64,000 nucleotides of DNA from Candidatus Omnitrophota bacterium (GCA_023247725.1 JAHFFW010000002.1:64160-128159), one strand, 5' to 3'. Positions 1 through 15,000 are shown, numbered from the stretch's first letter. A program made the numbers and translations. The notes: generated by a model from the letters alone, not told the origin.

Positions 1-2
1 TG

Positions 3-3000
3 AAACAGGGATCAGCTTCTGAATCTTCTCACCCCCCCGAAGAAGTTGATAAATACGACACCAACGTCAACCCCAATCCCATCACCTTTGGCGATGCCAA
101 TCGTCTGTGGATGTCGGCGCCGCGCCAGGATCGTCCGAAAGGAACCGTCTACGTGGATTTGTTGGGCCGGATTGTCGGCGGGGCGCAGACGACCGTTACC
201 CGGGTCATCGACGGCAAAGGTAAATTCAGACCGCAGCTTGACACCTTAAGCGAACGAGAGTTGGTCATGGGCCAGAGTCAGCAGCTCAAACGCAATCTTT
301 TGCAATACAAATTGAAACTTGCAGAAGTGGCCGCTATTGTGGGCGTTAGCAAGCCGGACCAAGCAACGCTCAATGGATTAGCCCAAACGGCAGTAGAGAC
401 CGCCACCCAAGTGGACAAAGATGGCCTGGCCGGCTATCTTGCCGGCGAACATGAGAATAATAATCCCCAGACTTATCGGGAAGAAGGCGAAAGTGCTTTG
501 ACGGATTCGGTGGTTGATTGGCTGGATAAGGTCAAAGGCGTAGGAGACCAGTCCGTCGACGATCACCTGAGCAAAGTCTTCACCCTGGCGAGTGCGGTCG
601 CGGGTTTGAATGAAACAAATCCCGCCGCTGCCTCCGGCCCGCAGAAAAAAGCGGAACCCTCTCCCGCCGACGCTTTTCTCAAAACGCTGCAAAATAATCC
701 CGCAGCCAAGGCAGATTTAATAAAGGCTTTAACCCAACAACTGGATAAAGAAGCCGAGGCCCTCGCCTTTGCCGTCAATGAAGCGCTTCTGGGCGACAAA
801 GTCAAGGGCAAGGGCCCGGACGGTCAAAAGATTGACCGGGCGATTTTATCGGAAGTGGCCTTCAACTATAAAGGGGATTATCTCTGGACGCCGGGCGGCG
901 ATTGGATGTCTTTTGCGAATTTTGGTAATCCGGGCCGCGTTTATGGAAAAGAGGAAGGCAGGCTGCCGGCCTTGCGGCAGACACTTTTTCGAGGAAACCT
1001 TGTGGACGGCAAAGGGGAGCTCCTCAATAAGAATCTCGGAAACCTCGACGAGAATTCCAAGATGATCGGCAGCGAGTTTATCCTCGCCCAGAAAAATTTC
1101 GACAACGCAGTCCAGGTCAACGTTCATCCGTTCTCCGCCAACCTTTATCCTTATAAGGCGACGTATTTTTTCTATCCAGGAATGGGTCAAGAGAGTGATG
1201 AAACGCCTCCAGAGAGAAGTCTCTATTTCAGATTATTCCCGGAACCATTCGGATTCACGACATATGATGCAAGTGCCACTCCCGCGTTGGCCGAACAGGT
1301 CGGGATCGATGTCGTCCAAGAGCGGGCTCGGGCAGCTGCGGATGTAAAACTCAATTATGGAGACAGTGCCGAGGTGTTGCCATCCAATCCCCGGTTAGAC
1401 TTGGATGCGGTCTATGCCAAGGCTGTCAAGACCTATTTGGATCTCCATAAAGACAAAGGGGACGAGAATCCGGAGGAAGCGGCAGCGACCGGCCGGGACG
1501 CGGCCATAATAGCCCTCACCGAGGCAGGTTTCAGTGACATTTATAATGAAGCGAAGAACAATTATCTCGCCGCGGGTGGACAGCAGTTTGAACTCGGTGA
1601 AGTGACCGGATTGAATAATGATGTGGACGAGCAGCAGTCCATCTCCAAGCTTTCGCTGCTGCACGCCATCGGACGATTTTATCTGGCGGGCGAAGATGGG
1701 GTGAGTTTTGGTAACCCTCAATTGGGGGCGATCACCAATACGGCGGGTCTTTTCACTTTGAAGAAAGGGGCGGCGATTATTTATGACATGGCCCGAGATA
1801 AAGATGGGAATCTCGCGAAAGACGAGGATACGGGAAAATTTGTGGGAGAAGTCCCGAAGTTCACCCGTGGCTCCCAGGTCATCCCCGCCTTTCAACAGTT
1901 AGGACTAAAAGAATTTCAGCGCAGTAGGGATCATTCGGAAAGCGGCCTGGCCCTGGTGCTTCAAGGAACCGACACGCTCTGGGAACAGAAGCCTGCGCCG
2001 TCAGTCCAAGATAGGCTTCTGCCGTCGGACGCTCAGCAGGATGACTCTCCCGAGGCCGTCGAAATTGCCAAACAAAAGGTCGGTGCCGAAACACTCGCCG
2101 ACAAAAAAGAAGCGTCCGCCGGGGATAAAGGCCAGTTGGCCGAAGAAGACTTTCTGCAGCCGGTTTTTGCCGAGGGCGCTCCGCATCGAGTGAAAGACCG
2201 CTTTTATAGCGCCCTGGCGCTTCGCGGTCAATCGGGCAGGCTCGAGTTGCTGCCGCCGCGTCAGGATTTTGTCTCCGATGGAACACCCTGGATCGACGGG
2301 CAGTTCGGCGATATCGCGGGCTTTACGCCGGAGTGGAAAGGTTTTGGAGCTACGGGAGAAACACAGAAAGTGGCAGGGTTCCTGCATCCGCAACCGCCCA
2401 AGGAAGACAAGGATAACAAGAACCAGGGGATCGATACGGTTCGGGATGCTGTGGCAGGTTTAAACATATTGACTGGCTACTCTTCTGCGGGAGACGCGAT
2501 TCCTTCCGACGCCGAGCAGGATGAGTCTCCCCAGGCGGTCAAAATCGCTAAGCAAAAAATGATGGGGGCCGCCAAAGCTGGAAGTTTGAATCAATTAACA
2601 CCTGGAGTCGTCGGCGGTTCGCTGCTTGCCTACACCACCAACGTTGTTACAAAAGACGCCGAGTTCAAATTAGGTTTGCAGAAAGAGGACAAAGTACCTT
2701 CCGACGCCGAGCAAGATGCCTCCCCCGAGGCGGCCGAAGTCGCCCTGCAAAAACTCGCCGAGGAAGCCATGGCCGAAGGGCCTCCCGATCATATAACCCG
2801 CCTGGCCAAAGTGGGCCGCCTCGCGGCGGTCGATGTGCCGCAATCGTGGCTGCTTATCCCCGGTGGCGATCTTTTGCCGACGGTGGGAGTGTTCGGAGGC
2901 GGCGTCACAATCACGAGTAAGGCCTGGGAAACCTTTTTTCCGGATAAAATAGCCAAGGCTGAGGCTATTAAAAAGGGATACGTCAAGTATACCAACGATG

Positions 3001-6000
3001 GCAAGATGGTGACCGGCACTTATGGAAATCCTGAGCAGGGACTATATCAAATCGGTTCGAATAACTTTTTTGGAGGCGCGTATCTATGGAACGGCAGCAA
3101 CTATCTTCTCCAGACGGGAACCTGGGTGGGTTTAAGGTCGGCCATGGACGTAAAGAAGGGGGATAAACCCATCCCCATCGGCGAATCTCCCGCCGGAAAA
3201 ACCAACCAGATTACGCGCATGATTATGGAACAAGTCGGTATCATCACAGAGAAGGTCGATGATACCGCGAGCAATATCGCCTGGGTGGCGATTTCGCCGG
3301 AAATCACCACCGAGACCACCCAGACGCGGTATAAACTTTCTCCGGAAGATAAGAAGAAAATTGCGGATTTGAGAAACGAGGACGTTAACGGAGAACTCAG
3401 ACAGCATTTTAATGAGGACGACGGGACCTGGACGATTTCTCTGGTCAGAAAGAAGATCGATTATAACCCCAGTCCTGTTTTGGGGGGAGTGAGGGCAATG
3501 TACAATCCATTCTTTAAGTTCATTGGCAGTTTGTCGTCGATATTGATAAGAGAAGAGACGGTTGATCAGGTGACTATAAAGCCGGAAAAACTTACCGAAA
3601 CCATCATCAATAACATCGACTACATCGCCGCGATGGGCAATCCGGATGGCTCAATTGGCATTGTTACGGAAGGCGATAAGGTCAGGGGTTATGTTGCCCG
3701 GGGTCAGGGAGTTTCGGCCAACGACATCGCCTTCAGCGGCAAGATCGATGGGCAAGTCTGGGATGCGGCCCTATTGGCCGCGGCGCAAAATCGCGCCGGC
3801 GATACGGCTGCCCGGCCAAACGGGCCGGCGCTCGCCAGTGCCACCGCCATTTCGCCGTATTTGATAACGGGAAAAGACGGCCTGCTTTATATGCATGTGA
3901 ATCGCGGTGAATACATGCCCTCCGTCGATCTCTTCGGCCATAATTTCAAGTACGATCAGAAACAAAGGGCGCAGGAATTAAGAGAGGCCTACGGAGGAGA
4001 AACAACGAACCGCAGCCGCCTGGAAGAACTGGTGCCGGAATCTTGGTTCTCCGTGACCAACCGAGGCGGAGCCGATATCGCCCAGTTGGGTGGCAAAAAT
4101 TATTTGAGATTGAATCTTTATGCGCCCTATGCCCCCAGCCTGGGTCTGGAGAGCAAGGTCTGGTTGGAAGACGGCAACTTCGCCAACTACGCTATTAATG
4201 AAGAAGACGTGACCAATGGCGGCACTGGCAACCGGTTTAGGCTGGCCGGACATTTATTGAATTTGAGCGGCAATGACATCGGCTTTGAGGTCAAGCGGGA
4301 TAATAAAACTGGAAATATCATCCCGGATTACTTTGGAAAGATTCCGCAAGAGATTTATTTGTTGGTATATGACTATTCGCTCGAAAATAAAAGCGGAGAT
4401 TTTGGGCGCGCTTATATTGTAGAAATACCCAAGCCCGGAGAAAAACAGTCGCAGCTTCTGCCGGCTGCCTTGAAAGCGTTTCAGATGCGCGGCCTGGCCC
4501 GCGGCATGGCGGATAAAACGGATCAAGCGGGAGAATGGGGCGGCGATTTTGATTACTACAATACGGATATTGTCGGCGGCACCCTGCGCATCTATCACGA
4601 CGACGCAACGGCCGCCAATCTCGGCCACGCCTTCCATGACTTTGCCATTGTGCCTTCCGACGAGAGTTTTTCCATCCTTGTCGGACCAGAAAAGTTGAAG
4701 GGATTTGCCGTGCGCGGTGGGGTCGAGAAGAAAGAAGAAGGGGCCGGAGAATCAGGAACGCTCGATGCCCTCGCCGAAAATCTTCAGGAAGGCCTGACCG
4801 TTTCGAACCTTGAATCCTTCTTAAAAAACAGAATGAATACCAGATTGAGAGGCGTGTTAACTCCGAATATGCAAAAGGAACTTGCGGCGAGGGCGTATGA
4901 CGGCCTGCCCCAGAAGTTATCGACACTACTGAGTCAATTGGAAAGGAACCCAAATAGGGAAATAGCTCCTTTCGAAGCCGCTGAGATTGGGGCCGAGTTG
5001 GCGAGCCGGGGATCCTCCTCCCAGGACAATAAGAAGAATTCCGATCAGTCTAGTGAATCTGCGCGTGAAATAGTTTATGGCACCAAAAATCCAGAACCGA
5101 GAGATCAACGTGAGCTAACCCAACAGTTGGAAAACGCCGATCCCCGGAACCGAGCCAAGAATGAAGCCAATTCCGGTATTCGCATTATAGGCCCGGACGG
5201 AAAAGAGAAAAATTTTACGGTCAGTTTTATGCCGGGACGAAATCGGGATGGGTCGGTTTATTATTCCGAGGATGAGGCGCTCACGGTCAACGGAAAAGGA
5301 CAGTCCTTGCCGTTCGGGTTTGACCCGAACCGGCCGATTGATTGGAATCCTTATGAGTCGTTGCAATACGGTGACGGGAGTCTTTATTTCGATGAAGAGG
5401 GAAAGACTGTTCCCGATTGGAACGCCCCTAATCCCCATTTTGGCGAGTTCCGTTTGACCTCCGCTTTATCGTCTCCCCAAATCAAAAATGTTGGTCTCGA
5501 CAATCTTTCCATATGGGACGTTCAGTTCAAGCTGGGAACAGTGATGGATCCACAATCCCCGCTGGCCTATTATGCTTTCCGCGGCACTTACGGCGGGGTC
5601 ACCTTTGGCGGCGCCGAACCTGACCGAAAAAAGATGGTTTTTGTCAGTACCGGCGAAGATCCGGTCACCCATAAAGCAATAGGAAGTTATATTACCAAGG
5701 ATCAATTTGATGACAACTCAGGGTGGTGGACCAGTCACATTTCTTCTTGGGAAGGTTTTGGGTTTCTGGGGAAAACCACCGTGGACCTTCAGTATGGCGA
5801 TACCGAAAACGGTGAGCTGACCAAAGGGACTTTAAATAAAGCTGGACTGCCTTATAGTCTGAATTCAGCCGGCGAGGATTTTACGCCGCCCAAACCCAAC
5901 AGTACGCCGGATGATCTGGATCTGGTGATTGGTCCCCAGGATAACATTTATATCGTGCCGGATGTCAAAGATGAGAATGGCAAAGAAGTCAACCTCTGGG

Positions 6001-9000
6001 CGTACACGAACGAGCAGCGGAAAAAGAATGGGAATCCGATAAGAATCGACGAGGCATTCAAAAGTAGAGTGGCGAGCCAGAGCGATTCTCAGGTCCAGAT
6101 CAAAATATGGAAAAATCGTAGCAAAGGCGAAACGGAATGGGTTTTCGTTGATCGCGGCAAAATGATGGTCAACCAACATGATAAAAAGAACGCCCAGCCG
6201 GATTCTTTCGGTGGCGCAGAAATACTGGATATTATGGGCGTGGATGCGGCGACCCAGAAGTACATGCGGGAAGAGATTGCGAAGCTGCCCGGGGACAGGA
6301 CGCTTGATTTTTCTATTGATCCATCGGAGGCACGTCATTACCGCTTCAACGCCACCAATCTCGCCGATATTGCTACGTCCGTTTTCACCGGTTCCTCCAC
6401 CGGTAGTAAATATGATACGCTTGTGGGTTACCGGTATATGAACCCCGACAGCATGGAGCGATTGGCCGATTATATGGTGAGTACGGGAGTGTTGCCCTTC
6501 GCCGACCTGGCTGAGCAAGCCCGCAATATGAAAGCAAATCAGCAATGGGAAAGGGCTATAGACAAGGGGTTTATAGTTTGGATCGTGGCGGATGCGGCGA
6601 CCATTCTATTTAAAGGTTTTGGGTGGTCACTGGTAGCTAGAGAGGCGGTCAAGGAGTCTTTAAAAGCAGGACAAAAAGTTGCATCCCGCCGTGCATCCAG
6701 CCTTATTTTTGAAAGAGTCCTGAAAGAAATGGGTGGGAACTATGCCAAACTAACCGCGAGACAGATTATTTCCAGAGCTTTGGCAACAGGCGCCGGTCGA
6801 TTAGCTGCAGAATGGGGATTGAATTCCATGTTATTGATGTCCTATATGGGCCTCACCGGTCAAAAGATGAGCATGGACGGTCTGGTCTACTTGCTCGGTT
6901 GGAGTTTTTTGGGCCGGTACGGGTTCTTTAGCAGCTCGGTTCGTGGAAAAATGTTGAACCCTCTGAAAAAGATGGGTTTAGCTCCGTTGGAACGAAGCGC
7001 CCTTACCAGAACTGGCGCGGTTGCGTCCGAAAGTTTCTTGAGCGGTATCACCAGCTGGAAGACTCGGTCTGTGATGGGCGGTTTTGGCATGGCCGCCTAC
7101 GGGATCGACCAGAAAGTATTAAGCGGGCTGGATGAGCAGAATTCTATCCGGTATTATTTCCGCAAAGGCGCCATTGCGGCAATTGCCATGATATTTTTTG
7201 GCCGCGCCCTTTTTGAGGGCGGCAAGGAGGGCGAGGCGGCCTTTAGCTTCTCTAAGGCGATGATTACTAAATCGTTCAAAGCCTTTGCGCCTTGGGCAAA
7301 CGAGGAAGAGGTCCAAGCAATAAGCAGGCGCCTTATGTACGACTACTTCGACAAGGGCGGCCTGTGGAACTATGGGAAAGGTACAGGATCTTTATTCTTG
7401 ACTCTAGCAAAAGAATCTGCGCTTTTGCCGACGGTGGGATTGGTCTATGGGGGAAAGAAAGCCGTCGACGCGTATGTTGATAAAAAAACTCGGGACCGGA
7501 TCCAGAACGTTTTATTAACCACCGCGACCATGGCCCTGGGCGCCGTAGTGGTGGGAGCAAAGAAAGGCGGAATACGGGAGTTCGCCAAAGCCTTCGGGGT
7601 AGGAAGCCGGGCGTCGGCGTATAACCTTGCCCGTAACATCGCGGTAGGAGCCCTGGCGGTTAAGACCGTGCATGAATTTTGGAAAAAGGGAGAAGACAGC
7701 AAGGCCGAGCTATGGGGAATGTTTTTATTGGCAGCCCTATTTGCCAAGCCATTATTGAACATCTGGAGCATTGAGCACATGGAGCTGGCGGATGACTTGG
7801 TGAAAGACGGGGCCGGGAAACTCGCGAGGCAAATGATAAAACCAACACCAATAGCAGGTGGTATACGCTTGACCGAAACTCAGATTAAGCAAATTGTTAG
7901 TGCCACCAAAACCCTTCGTACCACTGGAAATGTTATCGTTAATCTTGGGACCAAAGCCTTTTGGACGATCGCCGTCAACTCGGCCATGGGTAAGCCCATC
8001 CCCTTCCTCGGCTGGGCGACCCCAGACGACCGGATGACCGGCGTCAAAATGATGGCGGCTATGGTGATACTCCCTGGTATGGCAGAAGGGACCTTCAATG
8101 CCTACCGGTTGGGAGCGGGAAAAGGAATAGGCCTGGGAGGGAGTCGTTTGCTCGGCGCCGGGCTGGCCACCGCCACCGTTGCTTCGTCGGTGGGCCTGGC
8201 CTATGGCGGTTTTTCTATGGCCACCGCCACCGGTCGCAATGAAGATATCCTGGGCTTTGATCAAAAACTATTCGGTTACGGAGTGATGCTTCTTGGTCTT
8301 TCGACTCCGGGTGTCATGACCTCCCTTTATAGAGCCAAAAATATTGCCATGGGTCCTCGCCTTCTCGTCGCCATCTCAAACATTGTCAAGGATGCGGTGC
8401 ATATGGTGCCGCAGTTGATGGCATTTAATATGGTGATTCCCGTTGCTCAGCACCTGGCGGCGATCAAATCCCGGATTGACACTTATGGCGAGCAAGATGG
8501 CATTGATCGAAGTAATCCTCTTTATGGGACCGCGAAACTGGATGAGCAGGGCGATATTGCGCGAACTCCCGAGGCGGGAGGGTGGCGAGTGCTCGGCAAG
8601 ATCTTCGGTTATAACTCTTTTGAAGAATCAAGACAGCGCGAACGCTCCGAATTATTGGCCCAATATCAAGAAAAGGGTGATCAGCGATTATTGGATGCAT
8701 ATAAAGAATTGGGTACTAGTGAAGGTTACTGGATACGGGTTCTTTTCAATTCGGCTTATCAGGGCGCCAAGACGGCCCTGTACTTCGGCCCCTCGATGTA
8801 CGGGATGCGCTTTGTCCTGCATCCGGGGTTAATGACCATTCCGCTCATCGGGGAATCGATGTATTATCTGGGCGATGACGCTATAGGGATGGGAGACAGG
8901 GCGTTTAATTTCCGCAGTATTGAGTCCCTGAATGGCAACAAGTGGTTGCAAGGCTTCGCCAACTTTGCCAACAATTCGCAGAACTTCTTCTTCGAGGAGT

Positions 9001-12000
9001 TCTTCCGCGAGCCGATCATTTCCACGTTTTTCCGGATCGTTCTGGCGCCTTCCGGCTTGGGTCAGCCCCGTTCCGACAGCCCGTATTTCTCCATCTACAA
9101 CGGTTTCATGGAAATCGTTCAGGAGGCCGGCGACAAAACTCCGGAAACCACGTCGTTTGCCAAGGGTTCTATTTATCAAAAAGAGTGGAGCGGCAAAGTG
9201 AAAGACGCCGCCGGCCAGGCCTTAAGACAAGTGTCCTTGGAAGTGATCAAAGAGTTCATCGATAAACAAACACTTGAGGTAATACAAGACGGCAGTGGTT
9301 ATTTTAGTAGACTTGGCTTGGGGAAGTATTCAGATGCAGACGATATTATTGACTCTTTCACGGAGCAGATTAGAAGTATACGGATGGATAAAGATGCCAG
9401 GGATCAATTGCAGGAGGTTTTGGACCTATATTGGGGAGCCGGCGTTGTTGATGTGCACGACTTCTTAAATCAGTTGCAAAAAAATCCGATCTTGATTGCC
9501 CCGGAGGAATTGGCATACATCACGCGGGATGATCTTTTGGATGCGTTGGACCGAACTGATTCATCGCGCCTGAGTTCGAGCAAAAAACAACGTTATAAAG
9601 ACATCCTGCTGGAAGGTATGAATCCCGATGATATCGTTGTTCAACAAGGAACGTTTGTGCAACCCTGGGACGCCGCGGCCGCCGCTGGCCCCGCGATTGG
9701 ATTTGGATTCACTGTCCTGAGTCAGAGAACCTCTGGCGCCCTCAAAGGCGGGAGGCCTCGCGATGCCATTTTCATGTTGGCCAACACCGCCATTCACGAA
9801 GGCGGCGCGGGTTTTTCTTCCTATGGTCTAGGACGTCCCGGGTCATCATTCCCAAATAAACCTGTTTTATTCAAGGGCAGTAAGCTTCCTATGTATTCTC
9901 CAGACGAAGTTAATCACCTTTTGGACGAGCTTGCTGCGGATGAGAGGTTACCCCCCGGACGCAAAAAGGACAAGAGATTTGAGGAAGTCGAGGAGGCTAG
10001 GAATCATAATTTTGCTTTGGTCGGCGGTTTGACCGGGCGGTTTGCTTTGCGTTCGCAATTGCTGGCGCATGTGGAGAAGGCCCGTCGGGAAGGCCGCACG
10101 CAGAGCGTTGGCTTCCGCGGCGGCAATCCGAATCGTCAGGATCGCCATAATGATCCCCATGCCTATGAGATTATCCTGGTGGAAGGAATGGAAGCAGCTG
10201 GTTTAGGTCCGGCGGTCAATGATGGGAACAAGATTTATATCGATCAGGCGGCGTGGAATGGACAGAGCCAAGAAGCGAAAGAAAAGCTGGCGCAGGGCAT
10301 GACTCTGGAAGAAATCCGCAATGGAATCATCCAGCATGAATTCGAAGAAGTCGTGAAAGTCGCCCGCATCGGGCGTAAGTTGGGCAGACAATCCGGTAAA
10401 AAGATGTCGGCCAATCAGGCGGTCGCGCGCGTCAATCAGAGTCGGTACACCAGTTATCGGGCGTTTAAGTTCGGCCACGACAATGCCGCGGCTTCGCCGT
10501 TTGCTTCCACCTCCTCGTCGCCTGAAACCCGCAGCCAGAGTCAGATCGCCAATGATAATGCCAGGCGGGGTTTGGAAGTTCTTGAGCAGCTCGCCAGGGA
10601 AGCCATGGAAGGACCTCAGGCACCGACCACGGCTCAGCCAATGACCGCCGCTGGTTTGATCGAGGGTAAGAAACGAACGCCCTCCTATGCCTGCACCGAC
10701 GGGAATTGTAAGGAAGAAAATCAATTTGCCGCGGCGCCCTTTGCTCAGACGTCCGGTCCCTCCCGGCCGACGCTGCAGTTAGCCACGGTTGCTGCATTGC
10801 CTGACCAGAAGGAGCAGCGTCCGCAAGGATCGACCGACATCAGCAATCAGGGAACCATGACCGGAACTGGTTCGATGATCGTGGAAGATGATGGTTCTAC
10901 TTTCACGTATAAGGGGTTGGAGGGCTCGCTGGCTGTGACCCGAGGCCATTCTTACATGGACCCCACCCACATTAAAGTCGAGAATGCCGGCAGCATCGAG
11001 AGCAATGGTTCAACAAAAATTTATGACAGCAATATTGAAATAAAAAACGAAGGCACGATCAGCACACAGGGGTCAGGCGACATTCATAACGCCAATATTA
11101 AAATTCATGTTAAGCCGGGCGAAACAGTCGTGTTCGGCACAGGTTCGCAAAAGGCGCAAACGACCTTCTCCACCGGGAGTAATGCCTCAGGGAAAGCCCT
11201 GTCACCGGCAGCGACTGCTGTCAATTTCAGTTTACGGCCGAAGACATCGTTACAACGAAATTTCCATCTGGGTGGGGCCACGCCTCGCTTTAGTCCGGGG
11301 GTATCGGGAATGACGATTAAGGGACCGCCCGTATTGCCTCATTTCATCGGCCCACTTTCTTCCAACAACCCTTCCACCTCCTTCTCTAATAATAATACAG
11401 CAAATCCAGCTTCCCCAATTCAGATCGCCAAAGCGCAACCGGCCCAGCTAGCCACACCCAACGCTCAATCTGTGACCTTTACGGTTCCGAGTTCCGGCGC
11501 GATTCAGTTGGCCGGTACGGCAAAAACGCCTTCGACTCCGCTGGCCCTGGCAGCGCTCGCGGCTGTTATCGCCAATGAGCGAAATTCCGGCTCCGCCAGC
11601 CCCGCCGTTGACGGGGCCAACGTCACTGACCATCAACAAAAGATTGCCTTAAGTAGTACCCCCGACCACAATAAACCTGTCCGCCTGTCCTTGAATATGG
11701 GCGAGGGCAGTGTTGTGCTTCCGGCCACGCCGCAAGGGGTAAAATCCGTTGGCCATCCGATGTACGACGTGAGTGGAAGATACGATCATGTTGCTGAAGA
11801 CCAAAGAGGATATCTTGAAGGTCTCCACGGACAATTGGCCGATACGTTTGTAGGAGTGGAGGCAACCGCCAGAAAACTAGGTTTCGATAATTTGCCAACC
11901 ACAGCTCGCGTTGATCCCGACGATTCTTTTGCTGTCTATTATAATGAGCAGAAAGAGATCAAGGTTCAACCAGCCTTTCTCAAAATGGCACAGGCGTCGC

Positions 12001-15000
12001 GGGATGTCGTGATGGCCCATGAATTCGGCCATGCTGCTCGTCAACACAGGCAGCTAATGGAAAAGAATCCATTGGCTAATAAAGAAGAAGCAGAGTTAAC
12101 ACAATCTGAAGTCCATCAGTTGGAAAGAATTGTACAGGGAAATGAACTTCAAGCTGATCAAGATGCCGTAGACATTGCTGTAACAATGCATGGTCCGGAA
12201 GGCGTTGCTGAATCTTTGATGGAGGGGTTGTTTACGGCCCATCAAACTCAGGGCAGTAAAATAGAAGATGTTGTCAGTCAGCCAGCCGGCACAATCAAAG
12301 TGGGTTCTTTTGAATTGGCACCTTATTTCCACATCGTTACTCGAGTGGCTTATGCTTCTCAACGAGCCAATGATGCTGCTGGCAGAAAGTTGTCCCAACG
12401 ACAAAGAGAATCTCTGGCGCTGGCCAGGGAAGCATTGCAGACGACGAATACTCAGATTGAGGCTATTGTACAGAATGGTGGCAGCGTCGAAGGAACAAAT
12501 CTTTTGACCAGACAGCAGAATTTGCAGGCGCGGGTTGACAGTTTGGAAGAATCCCAGAGGCCGAAATTTGATGAACAAAGGACAGCGAACAAAGGATCGG
12601 CTGCGCCGACGGCGCCATCCGTGACCTTTACAGTTCCGGGCTCTGTCGCTATTCAGACGTCCGGCGCGAACGCAACCCATACCACGCAGCTCGCTTTGGC
12701 GGTGCTCGCGGCCGTTTCGTCCGACAAAGACCGCCATGATTCCGCCCAGGTGAATTCGTCCAATAATGCCGCCTCCGGCACCATCGCCGATGAGCGCAAG
12801 GTCGACTCCGCCAGCCCCGCCGTTGACGGGGCCAGCGTCACTGACCATCAACAAAAGATTGCCTTAAGCACGCCGGATCATAATCAAACCACCGGCGCCG
12901 CTCCGGCGAGCGCTTTAGAAAATTTTGATCGAGCCCTGGACCACGTTCTTAAAAACGGTGATCAGGATTTAAATGTACAGCAGCTTGCTTCGTTAACGCG
13001 ATCATTGATCCGTGATAATCCGTCTGGAGATAAATATGTAAGAGAGCAGGCGGCTATGCTGCAAAATCTTTCAGAGGCAAGTGACAACGTTAGGGGTGCC
13101 ATACATGCTCAGTTTCAGCATTTAGAATATTCTCCGGTGGCTATTAATGATGAGCAAAATCAGGCTCTGGCTCGGATGGGACAGCAAATGACGAACGGAA
13201 AGCCCGAGCATATTGCTGTGGCCGCATTTGGACTTAATGCCGGTTTGGGAAGGATAGCGATGCCGTTGGAACAGGAACCGACCGATTCCGATTTTGGTCG
13301 GGATTCGCGGGATTCTCAAACGGTCGATTTTTCCGTAGGTAACTCTAAACGACTGGGGCCATGGAAACGAATTGCCGTCGCGGCGCTGGCGGCGACGATT
13401 GGCTTAACCAATGCGCCGTCTGCTCCTTACAATGCCCCTCAGCAAAATCCGGCAGGAATTTATCAGACGGCGGCTCCGGCGGCTCAAATAGGGGGATTCG
13501 CGGGTATTAATGATGATGTTTATGGGAGCGAGAACGGTAATCACCGATCTTTATCCACACCACAATTAACATCAGAACAACCGCAAGCCAGAAGAAAGCA
13601 GGGATATTCGCCATCTCAATCATCTCCTTTGGGCAGTATTGAAAGCGCTCCGAATAATAATCCAACCAGGCCGACAACAATAAATGCCCAACCCATGGGC
13701 GGAATTTTAGCAAGAAAGTCCCCGACCATAAGGGTAATGCAACCGCCTTTAAATATATCTAGTAGCGCGGCTCCAAATTTTTCACGTCTCGATTTTGAGA
13801 AGAATTTTGCTTCGGATGCCATGACAGTAGGGACTATAGCACAGAGCGCGAGCTCTGTCAACGAGACGAAGGCCGACGCCGCCTCGGCAAAGTCTCAAGA
13901 TAATGCACCCGGAGTCAATACTGCCGACGAGCGCAAGCCCGGTCAATTCTCCCGAAGGTCTTTCTTAAAAGGGGCGATGGGTGCTGCCTTGACACCTCGC
14001 GCGACAGCGCAAAAGTTGATAACCGTTGCTTCTTCCACGAGATTGAATCCAGCGGATTATCAAAAAGTGGCTCAAGCTCTCTATGATACGCCTTATTTGA
14101 CTGGCGGTTTTATGGATGAAGATGGCAATGTATACTTAGAGGCCACAGATTTAAGGGGTGACTACCATTTTTTTTCCCAAAGTCCCTATACCTCGAGCCC
14201 CAACCAGGAGCAAGAAGAAAGAATAATATCATTAATATCATCTGAATTGCAAAAGGATCCGCAGGTTTCGAAATATCTCTCAAAAGCTTTGAAGGACAAA
14301 ACATTATCCGCCACCAGCCATGAGGAATTAAAAAGTTTACTTACGAATATTTTGACAACAAGAGAGTCAGAATTTTTGCCTAAACTTCTACCTAAAATGG
14401 AAAAAATTAGTGTCCAGCTAAAAGAAGTTGCAACGGCAGAGAAATTGGCAGCACAAGTGCTCTGGGAACAGCAAGAAGATCAGATTTGGCGGGCGCGACA
14501 AAATCGGCAAAATCAACAGCCGCAAGAAAAAATCCAAGGGACGACCCACGGTCTTAAGGATGGACTAGAAGACAGCCTCTTCCAGGCCCGGATTGAGTTA
14601 GACGCCACGGAAAAAACAATGGCTCTGATCAGCAGCAACGGTGGGTCGACGAAGGGGACAGATATGCAGACTCGTCGGGACAATTTAGCCGCTTTGGTGG
14701 CGAATTTGGAGAGCCGCTTAAAGCAGGATGGGGGAAATTCCGCCTCCCAAAGCCAAATCGCTTCAGCGCCGCCAACCCAAACTCTCACCCCGGGGGTGAG
14801 AGGCGGTCAAAATAACACCCATTTGATTTTGGCGGCGCTCGCGGCGGCCGTTGCGCCGGACCGCCATGATTCCGCGCAGGTCAATTCGCCCCAAGCCCAA
14901 GCCGTTGTCATCGCCGATGAGCGAAGGGCCGACGCTGCTCAGGTGAATTCGTCTCAAGCCAGTGATACAACAATTGCCGATGATCGGCAGGGTTTGAAGC

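Noticed and set aside
11448-12854. Two antisense ORFs starting with the same MLMVSD.GPVNGGAGG sequence
   Set aside because: The identity is fully explained by the 63-bp DNA direct repeat, and they lie in the codon-registered shadow frame.
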